DNA from: Nitrososphaerota archaeon
Lineage (GTDB): Archaea; Thermoproteota; Nitrososphaeria_A; Caldarchaeales; Caldarchaeaceae
Reading direction: 5' to 3'
Assembly (NCBI GenBank): GCA_041641305.1
Contig: JBEPYN010000002.1
Location: 666,537-686,536 of the forward strand
DNA length: 20,000 bases
Positions 1 through 9,468 of the stretch are shown in pieces. The position numbers and the translations under genes were made by a program. The notes under the pieces were generated by a model, which had not been told where the DNA came from, searched no databases, and worked only from the letters and a program-made list of their open reading frames with translations. The number at the start of each line of letters is the position of its first letter. Position 1 is the first letter of the stretch.

Positions 1-395
1 TTTGATACACGCCTGTTAATCACCAACGAGGCAACGGTTGCTGAGAGAATCAGAGCGGGGCCAACGCTCCATGCAAGCGTCATTATCAACTGCTGATATA
101 CCCAATTCTCCGCATCGAGTGGTGTGGACCATGAGGCGGCGAATGCAGCCGCAGAAATGATAACTCCAAGGATAAGCGAGTAGAGATACCATTTTCTCAG
201 CGGATGCAGGGCGCTGATGATCCATCCGAGGCCAAAAGCAGCCAAAGCAGGGCCAGCGTCAAACATGAAAACAGATTCCCACCAAACCAGCCACAATACA
301 CCATGCCCCAGAACAGAGAGCACGTACCCGAGCAACACTATAAAGAAGCCGGCGAACAGAAGAGCTGCACCAGTTCTCAAAGAAGGCTCCGCCAA
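1..395 (-). CDS. membrane protein, 3'-truncated by the window edge (about 131 aa visible)
   Basis: Not in the supplied ORF track. Reverse-strand frame is open from TTG at 395 to nt 1: LAEPSLRTGAALLFAGFFIVLLGYVLSVLGHGVLWLVWWESVFMFDAGPALAAFGLGWIISALHPLRKWYLYSLILGVIISAAAFAASWSTPLDAENWVYQQLIMTLAWSVGPALILSATVASLVINRRVS. About 4 hydrophobic segments, SD-like GGAGGGGGTG upstream, and it overlaps/abuts the stop of the 400-1722 gene. Confidence 0.75.
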   Translation of the reverse strand, partial: MAEPSLRTGAALLFAGFFIVLLGYVLSVLGHGVLWLVWWESVFMFDAGPALAAFGLGWIISALHPLRKWYLYSLILGVIISAAAFAASWSTPLDAENWVYQQLIMTLAWSVGPALILSATVASLVINRRVS

Positions 396-399
396 TTCT

Positions 400-1722
400 T
401 CACCCCCTCCTATACAGCACACCTATCCTGTTCAGCAACGCAAGCAGTACAAGAACAGCCAAAACCGCTGTCGAGACCGGCGAATTCGACACAAACCTCT
501 CCACAGCAAGGTTTCGAACCATAGCAGCGGGCTGCCTCTCAAGAGCAAGTATGACGGAAAACAGGCTGCTTCGGAGGAAACGGTTTACATATTCATCGGA
601 CTGGACAACAGCTCTCTCAAACAACGGATAGTACCCCGACGCTGTGGAGAGCTTTGAAACAACTACTTCAAAAGAGCCTATGTTTTTCGATGTCATTTTA
701 CGCAGCGAAGCGAGAGCCGTGGGATAGACGATGTTTACCGCAGATGTCTTCTGCTGAGCCGCCGCGAAAACCTGCTCAGCAGACGCAGCCGGGTCATAGA
801 GAAGAAGGTTACTCACTTGTGTTTCAACCGTGAGCAACCTATCTCCGACATAGTAGAGTTTCTCCATTTTCTCCAAAAACCTAAACACGTTCTCCAACGC
901 AGTCGAGGAATAGATGTCCTGCTGGTTCTCCGCAGCATCCACCAGCGCCGCAAACGCTCTACTCGCAGTTTCAAAATCTGTCTCCGGATTGTTCACAGCC
1001 GTCAAGTTGGCCACATAGTCTACGTGAACTCTCCATAGGCCTGACAATTCAATAGGAGCCTCCACATCTGCTTCATGCGCTAGAGTCAAGAGACGTGAAA
1101 GAGCGGTCAACGACTGTATAAGTTGGCCGTCGTTTTGTGTTGAGAATGCTACTATTTCTTGAAAATGGTCCGCATAGCTGCTAACGGCGTATTGTATCTC
1201 CTCTTTGTTGACGGAGCCGCCCGTCATCTTAGAGATCCAATTGGCTTGGACGAGCAGCGCAGCCTTCGAGTAAACTGGTGTCCAGCCCAAGAAGCCTTCG
1301 AGGCTATCGCCCAAAATGTTCAAAACCTCCCTGCTCCGTTGGCTACGTGTCAACCCATAGTGCAACGCGGCGAAATACGATGTTTGTAGATGCGTGAGAA
1401 AATTTTCTGCTGTCGGGATTTTTCCCGTGAACCCGACGTCGACACCGTCTCCCTTTAGAGCCCTTGTGTTAACCTGCTCCGCTATCTTGTTGAGGAGGTT
1501 GAGCGACTCGGCGTCGCCGAGGCCCATGTGGATAGACGCGGCGAAAATACCGTGCAACGCCATGGCCCTAAGGCTCACGGCCCCGCCTCCAGAAACCTGC
1601 TCAACCACATCACGCAAATACTCATAATCACTTCGCAACGCATCTTTCACAGCTGATAACTCGAAGCCGCTGACCGGAAAAACCAGAGTAGCCAAAAGAA
1701 GGCAGACGAGGACTTTTCTCAA
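400..1722 (-). CDS. secreted/membrane-anchored hypothetical protein (N-terminal signal, C-terminal TM)
   Basis: 440 aa ORF; N-terminal MRKVLVCLLLATLVFPVSGF signal-like segment; C-terminal hydrophobic helix AVLAVLVLLALLNRIGVLYRRG; TATA-like element about 26 nt upstream of the TTG start. Confidence 0.8.
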   Translation of the reverse strand: MRKVLVCLLLATLVFPVSGFELSAVKDALRSDYEYLRDVVEQVSGGGAVSLRAMALHGIFAASIHMGLGDAESLNLLNKIAEQVNTRALKGDGVDVGFTGKIPTAENFLTHLQTSYFAALHYGLTRSQRSREVLNILGDSLEGFLGWTPVYSKAALLVQANWISKMTGGSVNKEEIQYAVSSYADHFQEIVAFSTQNDGQLIQSLTALSRLLTLAHEADVEAPIELSGLWRVHVDYVANLTAVNNPETDFETASRAFAALVDAAENQQDIYSSTALENVFRFLEKMEKLYYVGDRLLTVETQVSNLLLYDPAASAEQVFAAAQQKTSAVNIVYPTALASLRKMTSKNIGSFEVVVSKLSTASGYYPLFERAVVQSDEYVNRFLRSSLFSVILALERQPAAMVRNLAVERFVSNSPVSTAVLAVLVLLALLNRIGVLYRRG

Positions 1723-1796
1723 ACTGTTTTACTCCGATTTCTCACTTTAAAATAAACATATCCTTAAAACTGTCGACGGATAAAGTCGGCCTAACC

Positions 1797-3341
1797 ATGC
1801 AGATTGCCGAGAGGAAAACGGGAGAGAGGCTTGTTGTTTATGCTTCAGCCGTTTTTCTGCTCGGCGTTCTTGTTCTTGTTCCACCTGCGTTGGTGAATGA
1901 GGCGCCGTTCTGGGACGACAAGGCATACATCAACAACGCGTTGATAGCGAGCGGTCGGCTGGACCCCCGCGATGCTCAGGGGCCTTTTGCGGAGGAAAGG
2001 CCTCCTCTCTTTTGGTGGATGCTCACCGGCATCTACCTGCTAAACACACCGGTCGAATATGCTCGCCTCCTCTCGCCTCTGTTGACCGCCGCAGGCATAG
2101 TAGTCATGTTCCTTCTTGTCTCCAAGCTGTTCAACAGCCTTTTGGCGGGCATTTTATCAGCGGTCTTCACAATCACTCTCAACTATTTTGTCCAGACCAC
2201 TTCATACATCTTGACCGACTCCTCTGGGTCTGTGCTGGCTTTCCTCGCCCTGCTCACCTTCAGCCTCGGCCTCAGATATGGGCCGTTTCTCTGGGTCGCG
2301 GGAGGGTTGACAGCTGTATCCATAATGGCGAGGGACCAAAACCTTCTCCTGCTTCCCGTCATGTTACTATCGATGATTTGGATAGCCCGTGTCCCGAGGA
2401 CTGTGAAGCTGTTCTACTTGTTGTTCCTGGGGGCTGTGGCGGCTGCCGCGGTATGGATGCGGCAGGAGGTCTTCCTACAAATTCTTTCAGACATCCTAAC
2501 ACCCATCGTCACAGACGTCGTCTACCTTCCGCTGCTGATTGTTTTCACCGCGGCGGTTCTCATAGCTGTTTACAAAATTCATGAGCAGAAAAACCTTCTA
2601 TCGAGGCGGCCGAGTATTGAGGAGAGAGCGTTCGACCTCTTGCTAGGCCTCGCTATGATGCTGTTCATCATGCATCCGTTTTTCCTCGACAACGTGAGGC
2701 TTGGCGAAGAGTTCCAAATCGCTGGACGAGGAATTTTCTCGAGACCTGTTGCCCACTCCATCATGGTGAGAGACGACATCATCCGGAGCGGGTTAAGTTT
2801 TCTGGAAAGAGTACAGTTCTGGGTCGCGGCTTTCCCGAGCCTGCTCACCGCCCCTCTTCTCGCCGCAGCCGTGGCAGGCGCTTTCCTCACCTTGAGAAAC
2901 CGTGTCGAAGAAGCCAAGCCCCTCATACTCTGGTTCGCGCTCACAGTAGCATACATCATCCTCTTCACACACATAGAATACAGGTTCCTGGTCCCCACTG
3001 TTCAGCCAGCCGCTGCCCTCGCGGCATATGCTGTCGCACGGCTTTTTTCGATGAATAGGTGGCTCGCCTTTGTGGCTGTAGGTGTTGTTTTGGTTTATGC
3101 GGTTTTTCCAACGCAGTTTTACGGTGTTTTGCCCGAGTTCAGGGAGCCTGTGACGGTTTCGGGGTGGAGAACCATGCTCGACGGCGGGTTAGGTGGATGG
3201 TTGACGGATTATGCAGCTTACCTCAGGGATGTCCAGAAACCGCCAGAGCTCAAAATAGCCGTCATCAACCTCTTGGCTGCGTGGACAACAGGGCCTCTTC
3301 TCCTCGCAGCTGCTTATGTCGGTGTCAGAAATCCGCTTTAA
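1797..3341 (+). CDS. polytopic membrane glycosyltransferase, GT39/PMT/ArnT-like
   Basis: 514 aa; early acidic motif after TM1 (EAPFWDDKAYINNA) and RPPLFWWMLTG pattern typical of dolichyl-phosphate-mannose-protein mannosyltransferase/GT39-like proteins; many TM helices. Confidence 0.75.
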   Translation: MQIAERKTGERLVVYASAVFLLGVLVLVPPALVNEAPFWDDKAYINNALIASGRLDPRDAQGPFAEERPPLFWWMLTGIYLLNTPVEYARLLSPLLTAAGIVVMFLLVSKLFNSLLAGILSAVFTITLNYFVQTTSYILTDSSGSVLAFLALLTFSLGLRYGPFLWVAGGLTAVSIMARDQNLLLLPVMLLSMIWIARVPRTVKLFYLLFLGAVAAAAVWMRQEVFLQILSDILTPIVTDVVYLPLLIVFTAAVLIAVYKIHEQKNLLSRRPSIEERAFDLLLGLAMMLFIMHPFFLDNVRLGEEFQIAGRGIFSRPVAHSIMVRDDIIRSGLSFLERVQFWVAAFPSLLTAPLLAAAVAGAFLTLRNRVEEAKPLILWFALTVAYIILFTHIEYRFLVPTVQPAAALAAYAVARLFSMNRWLAFVAVGVVLVYAVFPTQFYGVLPEFREPVTVSGWRTMLDGGLGGWLTDYAAYLRDVQKPPELKIAVINLLAAWTTGPLLLAAAYVGVRNPL

Positions 3342-4989
3342 CTCGTAGGTCGACGAGGGCGGGAACACCTCTCAACACGTCGTCGACAGCTCTTCTCAAA
3401 ACCTTGGCAGCCTCCTCATATGTTTCCGCTTGGTAAGATGAGAAACCGATACCGCGTCCAACTGCCTGGATGTCAAGAGGCTCGGGGAAATCAACACCTT
3501 CAACCTTTTTCTCAAAATCTGAGAAGCCTACTTCGGCCATGCTCTTCTTCACATCATACCAGCATCCGTCGTTGAAAACAGCCACTAGGATAGGCAGATG
3601 ATACCATTTTGCCAAAGCCGCGGCTGCGACGGGATTGTTGAAGACGAAGCTGCCGTCGCCGAGAACAACGGCTACAAAGGCCTGTGGGTTAGCCATCTTT
3701 ATTCCGAGGGATGCGCCCAGCCCCCATCCCAGAGAACCGCCCGGAGGCTCCCCGAAATAGGTTCCCGGCGTGTCGAAGACAAGGTAGTCAGGTTTTAGAG
3801 AATACTCGTTGACTATGACCGAGTTTTTTGGGAGCACTTCGCCGAGAAGGTGAGAGGCTAATCGCTTCGTCAGCGTGTTCCCGAATTTATCTTGGGTAAG
3901 GTCTTCTTCGAATGCTTTCCGCCAGTTTCTCCAATCCCTCTCAGCAGCCGCCTTTCTCTCCTCAAGCAAATCTTTCCTAACCTCTGCCGAGCCGCTCTCA
4001 AACAATTCTAGAAGCTTCTCGAGAAAAAGGGAAGTCTCTGAATAGACTGCTTCATCGAAGCCAAACCCCCAGACATTCATCCTCGTCTTTAACGGGTCGA
4101 GGCCGACTGAGACCCTGTAAACATCTGTGGGCCACTTTTCTGCAGGCAGCCAGGGGACATCCGAGTCCAGCACCAAGATACAGTCAGCCCGCCCAATCTC
4201 AGCAGGCGCGGAGAAGATGCTTGTGTTGGGGAAGTTGACGTAGTCGGCGACGGCGTAGTTAACCCGGAGACACAGCCTCTCAGCCAACCTCTTCAACAAA
4301 TGGAAAGCCCTGGCATTTCTTCCAGCAGACCTCGTCAAAACAATTGGGTAGCTTGCTGTGGAGAGTTTCTCGGCGATTCTCTTGACTACTGAAGGATTTG
4401 GTGATGGCGGCTCGGAAACGATGGGCCGGCGATGTTGAACATCTTTCTCCGGCTTGGCGAGAAAATGTTCGCGGTAAATTCCGAGGTAGACAGGGCCCTG
4501 TGGAGGAGACATGGCGACCTCGGCAGCCCTCGAAACCGCTTCAGGGATCTCCGCAGTTTCGCAGACCACATAATCCCATTTGACAAACTGTCTCACCAAG
4601 CCGCGTATGTCGCGTACATCTTGGCCCCAGTGGACGCGGATTTTTCGAGACCCGCTGTATCCCTTGGACGAGTATGAAGTCACGCCCGAGATGAGGATGA
4701 TGGGTATCTCAGCTGTGTATGCGTTGAAGAGGTTGGGTAACGCGTTTGCCACGCCTGGGACGGTGTGAACCATGACCGCGGAAGGCTTCTCACCTACGAG
4801 GCTGTAGCCGTATGCTGTCGAGACAGCCGTGGTCTCGCTCAGGCAGACAACCATCTCAGGCCTCTGCAGCGGGCTTAGCTGCATGTAATCCAGCAGAAGA
4901 CCAGAGTACTCCGTCCCAGAGTTGATGAAAAACTTCTCGACACCGGTTTTCCTGAGAGAAACAAGCAGCAAACCCCCACCCGACAACAT
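3325..4989 (-). CDS. thiamine pyrophosphate-dependent enzyme (acetolactate synthase/decarboxylase-like)
   Basis: N-terminal GVEKFFINSGTEYSGLLLD.. and PGVANALPNLFNAYTAEIPIILISG Pyr-domain signature; C-terminal TPP motif GDGSFVFNNPVAAAALAKWYHLPILVAVFNDGCW. ORF extends to 5085; ATG at 4989 (MLSGGGLLLVSLRKTGVEKFF) preferred as start. Confidence 0.85.
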   Translation of the reverse strand: MLSGGGLLLVSLRKTGVEKFFINSGTEYSGLLLDYMQLSPLQRPEMVVCLSETTAVSTAYGYSLVGEKPSAVMVHTVPGVANALPNLFNAYTAEIPIILISGVTSYSSKGYSGSRKIRVHWGQDVRDIRGLVRQFVKWDYVVCETAEIPEAVSRAAEVAMSPPQGPVYLGIYREHFLAKPEKDVQHRRPIVSEPPSPNPSVVKRIAEKLSTASYPIVLTRSAGRNARAFHLLKRLAERLCLRVNYAVADYVNFPNTSIFSAPAEIGRADCILVLDSDVPWLPAEKWPTDVYRVSVGLDPLKTRMNVWGFGFDEAVYSETSLFLEKLLELFESGSAEVRKDLLEERKAAAERDWRNWRKAFEEDLTQDKFGNTLTKRLASHLLGEVLPKNSVIVNEYSLKPDYLVFDTPGTYFGEPPGGSLGWGLGASLGIKMANPQAFVAVVLGDGSFVFNNPVAAAALAKWYHLPILVAVFNDGCWYDVKKSMAEVGFSDFEKKVEGVDFPEPLDIQAVGRGIGFSSYQAETYEEAAKVLRRAVDDVLRGVPALVDLRVKADF

Positions 4990-5087
4990 ATCTATCCAGA
5001 TTGGCTTAACAGCGTCAAAAAGTTTTCGAAAAGTTGGAATAACGTATAAAACACGCCCAATAGACATCGTGCCCGGGTTAAACAAGT

Positions 5088-7883
5088 TTGGTGATGCGTA
5101 GAAACGGTCGCGGGAGACGTTTCGGCTACATCATAGCCGTTTTCCTCGTTCTGCTGCTATTCAGTGGTCTTTTCATCAGTTCGTTCATAAACATCTGGCT
5201 AAACGTGATGGAGTTTGGAGACCTCTTCATCCGGCCATTCTATTTCTCGTTAATCGGCGGCCTAATCCTCTCATTCATCGCCCTTTTCCGCCTCGACTTC
5301 GTCTCACGCAAATCCCTAGTCATCTGGTCCTTGCGCACATTCCTAGTTCTAATGCGTGGCGGCTTCGCCCCACGAATTCTCGACTTTGACAGGTTCAGAC
5401 TATCTCTACAGACTTTCCTCGCCTGGCAGTTCACGAAACTGCTCGCGGGCACATTCATCTTCTCCAACAGCATATTCGGAATGGCGGTGACAGCTTCTCT
5501 AAGCGGCTGGTCTATGGGGTTGGAGAATTTGCCGAGGATATTCACCCTGCCTTTCACGTCATTTGGCCCCGGAGACATAAGCGGTGCAGACGCTGTAGTC
5601 GACGCCTCCCCAGCCCTCATCATCCTCCTTCCACCGATTCTTTCAGCCATCGGCACGAGGCTGTTCCTTCTCGTAGGTATAACAAACTTGGTTAAGGTAA
5701 TGGCGAAAGCTCTCGTCTCCTACGCTGAGACGGGCACGATAACGATAAAGGCTTCGACAATCGAGTTTCTCGCCAGCCTCGGGCTTGCGTGGACAGGGTT
5801 CAACCTCTTCTTCCCATCATCCATAGACTATAACACTAAGGTTTTGATACTGGCAGCTTTCGCGGCCTCGGCTGTTCTGGCTTTCTACGGCTATCTCGAC
5901 CTGCGTGGAAAACGTTTTCTCAACAGTATCTGGCTGAGGCTGGGTTTGCTTGTTATAATCGGGCTCCTGACCGCGTCTGTGGTGACTGTGCAGAACACCA
6001 TAGCCGACGCCCAGAAAATCGAGTATAAAGGCCCATATGTTCTGCAGGAAATTCATGTCAACCGTTTCCTCGCAGACCTCAACTTCAGGATTCTGCCCTA
6101 CAACTTCAGCAAAACAACCGTTTCAGCTGCCAACGCATCAGCCATAGTAAACGCGAACAAAGACATCCTGAGTCGAGCTAGGCTATGGGACTGGGACGCG
6201 GCATTCGCCAAACTGAGGCCCGAAATAGGGCTCATACCCTATGTTGATTTCGAGGACTCCGACATTCTCAGGTTCAACGGAAGCCTTTACTGGAGCGCGT
6301 CGATGAAGCCTGTCCTACCCCCGACAGTCACACCCGCCGACGCATGGTACAACCGCCACCTCGTATACACCCACATCCCCCAAGGATTCCTGATGCTTGA
6401 CGCACACCAAGGCGATATAGTGGACAGCTCAAGGTTCTTCAAAGAGAGAAGAATATACTACGGCGAGGGAGGGGCACGTAGCCTTTTCTCCAGCGACTGG
6501 GCCGCAATCATTTTGGGTAAAGATGTTTCTGACGAAATCGGTGGTGCAAGGTACAACGGAACGGGCGGTGTTAAGATAGGGCCGCCTCTCAGCTGGTTCT
6601 ACGACGTAACCTTTTTCCTAAGCTACCCGGACAAGGAAATCCTCCTTCTCAGATACCGCGATGTCCACGACAGAGTGCAGCTTCTCTTCCCATACTTCAC
6701 ATACATCATCAACGGCGAATATGTTGACATGTTCCCCGTCACAGATGGTGCAAGAACCTATTGGATGATGCCGCTGATAGTCAGTCTTCCTGCGGAAAAC
6801 GTGCCATGGTCTAATGGCAACCCCTTTGTACGCTTCGTCGGGCTAGCCCTAGTAGATGTCTACAACGGCGAAATAGACTTAATTGTTCGTGGAGACGACA
6901 TGTTTACCAAGCTGTTTGAAGCTGTTTACGCCGATAAGGTTAGCAGGGAGATGCCGCCATGGCTCCACAGCCAGATAAGATACCCCGCCGAGCTCTTCGA
7001 CTACCAGACGAGGATGTTCTCCCTCTACCACATCGATGACCCAGCCATCTATATACAGGCCCGCCAATTTTATGAAATCCCCGAAGGTGTTGAGGTCTAC
7101 TACGTGGTCACCAAACTTCCCAACCACAACCAGCTCGAATTCGTCGGAATACTTTCTCTCGAGCTTCGGGGCTCGAGGGGCCTAAACCTGGCGGGATACG
7201 CGGTGGTCAGAAACGATTACCCACACACTGGTGAGATGTATTTCTACAGGGTCTCCGAAGAATCTGTGACCAAGCTGCTAGGCCCCTCGGCGGCATTACA
7301 GGCTCTGCAGAGAGACCCCGACTTCCGGACGCTCAGCACGCTTCTCGCCTCCCCGCGGATAGGTGAAACAATCTTCTACGAGGTGGGCGACCACCCCGTC
7401 TACATCATCCCGGTTTACACCGCGAGAGAGGGCGAAGGCGTCGTTACACAGCTGGGAACCGTCGCGGTTGTTGGCGCGGCCTTCACCGGCTTGTACTATG
7501 TTGGTCTCGGTCAAACCGTTGAAGAGGCCTTCAGAAACTATCTCCTAAAGCTGGCGGGCGAATCCGCTCCACCTGTCTCACCCGTCGACACCCGCGAAAA
7601 CCGCCTGAACCGGCTGAAGACACTTCTTCAGGAATTGGGCCTCCCGTCGGAAACACCGGAGCAGATAAACGCCAACATCGTCTACAAAACCAAAGCCCTG
7701 AACTACACCTCGGAAACAGACTTCGAAGAAATTAAAACAACTCTGACAGAGTTTGTGCAATATTGGAGGCAATACGGCGCTATTCTTGTCTACTGGGTTT
7801 CTGGAGATAGCTTATATTTAGGAGCGATTTATCAGCAGTCGGGAGTGGTCACACTCAGGTACGTGATGGTGGTGGTCGAATAG
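5088..7883 (+). CDS. UPF0182 family large membrane protein
   Basis: 931 aa; N-terminal multi-TM domain then large extracellular domain with KYEGPYVLQEIHVNR-like, LWDWDAAFAKLRPEIGLIPYVDFEDSDILRFNG, WYNRHLVYTHIPQGF, DGARTYWMMPLI motifs recognisable from UPF0182/COG1615 proteins. Alternative starts GTG 5091 and ATG 5094. Confidence 0.8.
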   Translation: MVMRRNGRGRRFGYIIAVFLVLLLFSGLFISSFINIWLNVMEFGDLFIRPFYFSLIGGLILSFIALFRLDFVSRKSLVIWSLRTFLVLMRGGFAPRILDFDRFRLSLQTFLAWQFTKLLAGTFIFSNSIFGMAVTASLSGWSMGLENLPRIFTLPFTSFGPGDISGADAVVDASPALIILLPPILSAIGTRLFLLVGITNLVKVMAKALVSYAETGTITIKASTIEFLASLGLAWTGFNLFFPSSIDYNTKVLILAAFAASAVLAFYGYLDLRGKRFLNSIWLRLGLLVIIGLLTASVVTVQNTIADAQKIEYKGPYVLQEIHVNRFLADLNFRILPYNFSKTTVSAANASAIVNANKDILSRARLWDWDAAFAKLRPEIGLIPYVDFEDSDILRFNGSLYWSASMKPVLPPTVTPADAWYNRHLVYTHIPQGFLMLDAHQGDIVDSSRFFKERRIYYGEGGARSLFSSDWAAIILGKDVSDEIGGARYNGTGGVKIGPPLSWFYDVTFFLSYPDKEILLLRYRDVHDRVQLLFPYFTYIINGEYVDMFPVTDGARTYWMMPLIVSLPAENVPWSNGNPFVRFVGLALVDVYNGEIDLIVRGDDMFTKLFEAVYADKVSREMPPWLHSQIRYPAELFDYQTRMFSLYHIDDPAIYIQARQFYEIPEGVEVYYVVTKLPNHNQLEFVGILSLELRGSRGLNLAGYAVVRNDYPHTGEMYFYRVSEESVTKLLGPSAALQALQRDPDFRTLSTLLASPRIGETIFYEVGDHPVYIIPVYTAREGEGVVTQLGTVAVVGAAFTGLYYVGLGQTVEEAFRNYLLKLAGESAPPVSPVDTRENRLNRLKTLLQELGLPSETPEQINANIVYKTKALNYTSETDFEEIKTTLTEFVQYWRQYGAILVYWVSGDSLYLGAIYQQSGVVTLRYVMVVVE

Positions 7884-8321
7884 ATGCAGCAAAGCAGAAA
7901 CCAAGGAGGGTTCGCGGGCTTCTGGCTACTGATGCTGCTGCTGGTCGCGGTCGCAGCCGCATCCTTCTTCATACGCCTACAGCCCGGAATACTTGGCCTC
8001 GTTCTCGCCGCGATGGCTGTTCTCCTCACGCTCTATTGGGCGAAAGCCGTCAAAAACAGCCTCGGCACCTCCGCTTGGGATGATTATCTTCTCGAGCTTC
8101 GTCAGGAAGGTGATGTTTTGGATGTGACGGCTCAGGTTCCGGGGCCTGAGACAAAGGTGCGTGTAGAGCTTTTCGGGAAGAAGCTTGTTCTCATAGGTGG
8201 CATGGGTTTCAGGCGGACGGTTAAACTCCCCTTCGAGGCGATGCTGCGGGAGATTAGATACGTCAACGGGATTCTCAACGCGAGGCTTGTGAGGAGAACC
8301 GCGTCAGCAACTACTGGCTGA
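7884..8321 (+). CDS. membrane-anchored Hsp20/CS-domain-like protein
   Basis: 145 aa; two N-terminal hydrophobic segments, then YLLELRQEGDVLDVTAQVPGPETKVRVELFGKKLVLIGGMGFRRTVKLPFEAMLREIRYVNGILNARL, a beta-sandwich Hsp20-like pattern. Start directly follows upstream stop (TAGATG). Confidence 0.6.
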   Translation: MQQSRNQGGFAGFWLLMLLLVAVAAASFFIRLQPGILGLVLAAMAVLLTLYWAKAVKNSLGTSAWDDYLLELRQEGDVLDVTAQVPGPETKVRVELFGKKLVLIGGMGFRRTVKLPFEAMLREIRYVNGILNARLVRRTASATTG

Positions 8322-9027
8322 GACTCGCTAAAACATCGTCAACAGTTTGATGAAGCGACAAGACATAGGGTATGCGCTCCTTTCTCGCGAGCTCCACAGC
8401 CATCGTGTCAACATCCTCGACACGCCTCGGCCCATGTATGGCTATGAGCCGCGGCCTCAGCGGGAAAATCTTCGCAGCAATTATAGGCGACCGGCCTCTC
8501 TCAACATTCGTGAAAACCACCACCCTCTCGGTGCTTGCCCCCAAGAGCCTGAAAAAGTCGTAGGGCCCAAGCCTCATGATGGCCTCTATGCTGTCGACAA
8601 CCGTGTATCCGAAAATCAGGGAACTATGCTGCTCCTGCCCAGCCAGCCAAACCCCCCTCAACAGCTTCACGACATCAGCCATGGTTTTGGGCGTGGTGTA
8701 CTCGGACATTCCGAGGACCACGTCTGAAAGCGTCTGAACATCCGAGGCGAACTCCCGTATCTTTAAACCTCCCCGTTTCTCATCAAGCCTGATAAGCGCC
8801 TCAACATATCTGCGGATGAAATCAGTACCCGGCGACTTCCGTCTACTCTTCTCATAATCGCTCAAAACAGATGAAGAGATGTTCATCTCCTTCGCGATGC
8901 TTTTCTGGCTCAGCTCAAACAAGGTGCGCCACTTCTTCAAAACCTCTCCAGGCTTCTTAGAGAAAACAACTTCACCCGCGATGATGTTCTTCAGGTTCCT
9001 TTTCCTCGCGTCATCTATTTCTGACAA
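8311..9027 (-). CDS. archaeal XRE-type helix-turn-helix transcriptional regulator
   Basis: 238 aa; LKKWRTLFELSQKSIAKEMNISSSVLSDYEKSRRKSPG is a classic XRE HTH; TTG start. Confidence 0.8.
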   Translation of the reverse strand: MSEIDDARKRNLKNIIAGEVVFSKKPGEVLKKWRTLFELSQKSIAKEMNISSSVLSDYEKSRRKSPGTDFIRRYVEALIRLDEKRGGLKIREFASDVQTLSDVVLGMSEYTTPKTMADVVKLLRGVWLAGQEQHSSLIFGYTVVDSIEAIMRLGPYDFFRLLGASTERVVVFTNVERGRSPIIAAKIFPLRPRLIAIHGPRRVEDVDTMAVELARKERIPYVLSLHQTVDDVLASLSQ

Positions 9028-9074
9028 TTACTGGGATGTTTATGGTTTTTTTGAATTTAAGAGTTACAGAGGCG

Positions 9075-9175
9075 TGGGGGCGGTGGGACTTGAACCCACG
9101 GTCTTCGGGTGTCGCCTCTTGACCAGCCTAGTTGATCTGGAGCCCGACGCCTTGGCCTTGCTCGGCTACGCCCCC
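9075..9175 (-). tRNA. tRNA-Trp (CCA) with 26-nt intron at 37/38 (intron 9111-9136)
   Basis: Reverse strand: GGGGGCG TA GCCGAGCAAGGCCAAGGC G TCGGG CTCCAG [26 nt] A CCCGA AGACC GTGGG TTCAAGT CCCAC CGCCCCC A. Acceptor 7 bp, anticodon stem 5 bp, T-arm 5 bp; anticodon at 9138-9140. CCA tail not encoded. Confidence 0.85.
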
Positions 9176-9326
9176 TCATTAAAGCCGACACCCGCTTCCT
9201 TAAGATGGTTACTCTCACCCCAGTTTGCGGCCCATGAACCCACCAAGCTGCACGGCATACGGTCAGACAGCAACCATATACAACAATCTGAAAAAATTGT
9301 TTGAAGCCCTAGAATAAGCAGATTTG

Positions 9327-9443
9327 GCCGCCGGCACGCGGCTTTCGCGAGGGGTCTCCCACCTCACTAGTGCCGCGCGGATGGGGCTTAGCTTCCAGGT
9401 TCGGCTGAGTCTGGGCGTTTCCCCCATCCTATGACCGGCGCCG
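9327..9443 (-). rRNA. rrf: 5S ribosomal RNA
   Basis: Reverse strand CGGCGCCGGTCATAGGATGGGGGAAACGCCCAGACTCAGCCGAACCTGGAAGCTAAGCCCCATCC...GGTGGGGAGACCCCTCGCGAAAGCCGCGTGCCGGCGGCC; matches archaeal 5S architecture (CCCRGACTCA..CGAACCYGGAAGYTAAGC core) with terminal helix closing. Ends approximate. Confidence 0.9.
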
Positions 9444-9468
9444 ATTATACGGGTTTTCGGGTCTTATT

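Noticed and set aside
204-657. Forward ORFs 204-524 and 217-657 and minus ORF 16-225
   Set aside because: Overlap each other and conflict with the better minus-strand membrane and secreted protein frames; composition not protein-like.
8347-8727. 126-aa plus-strand ORF opposite the XRE regulator
   Set aside because: Antisense to a clear HTH protein; no coherent domain features.
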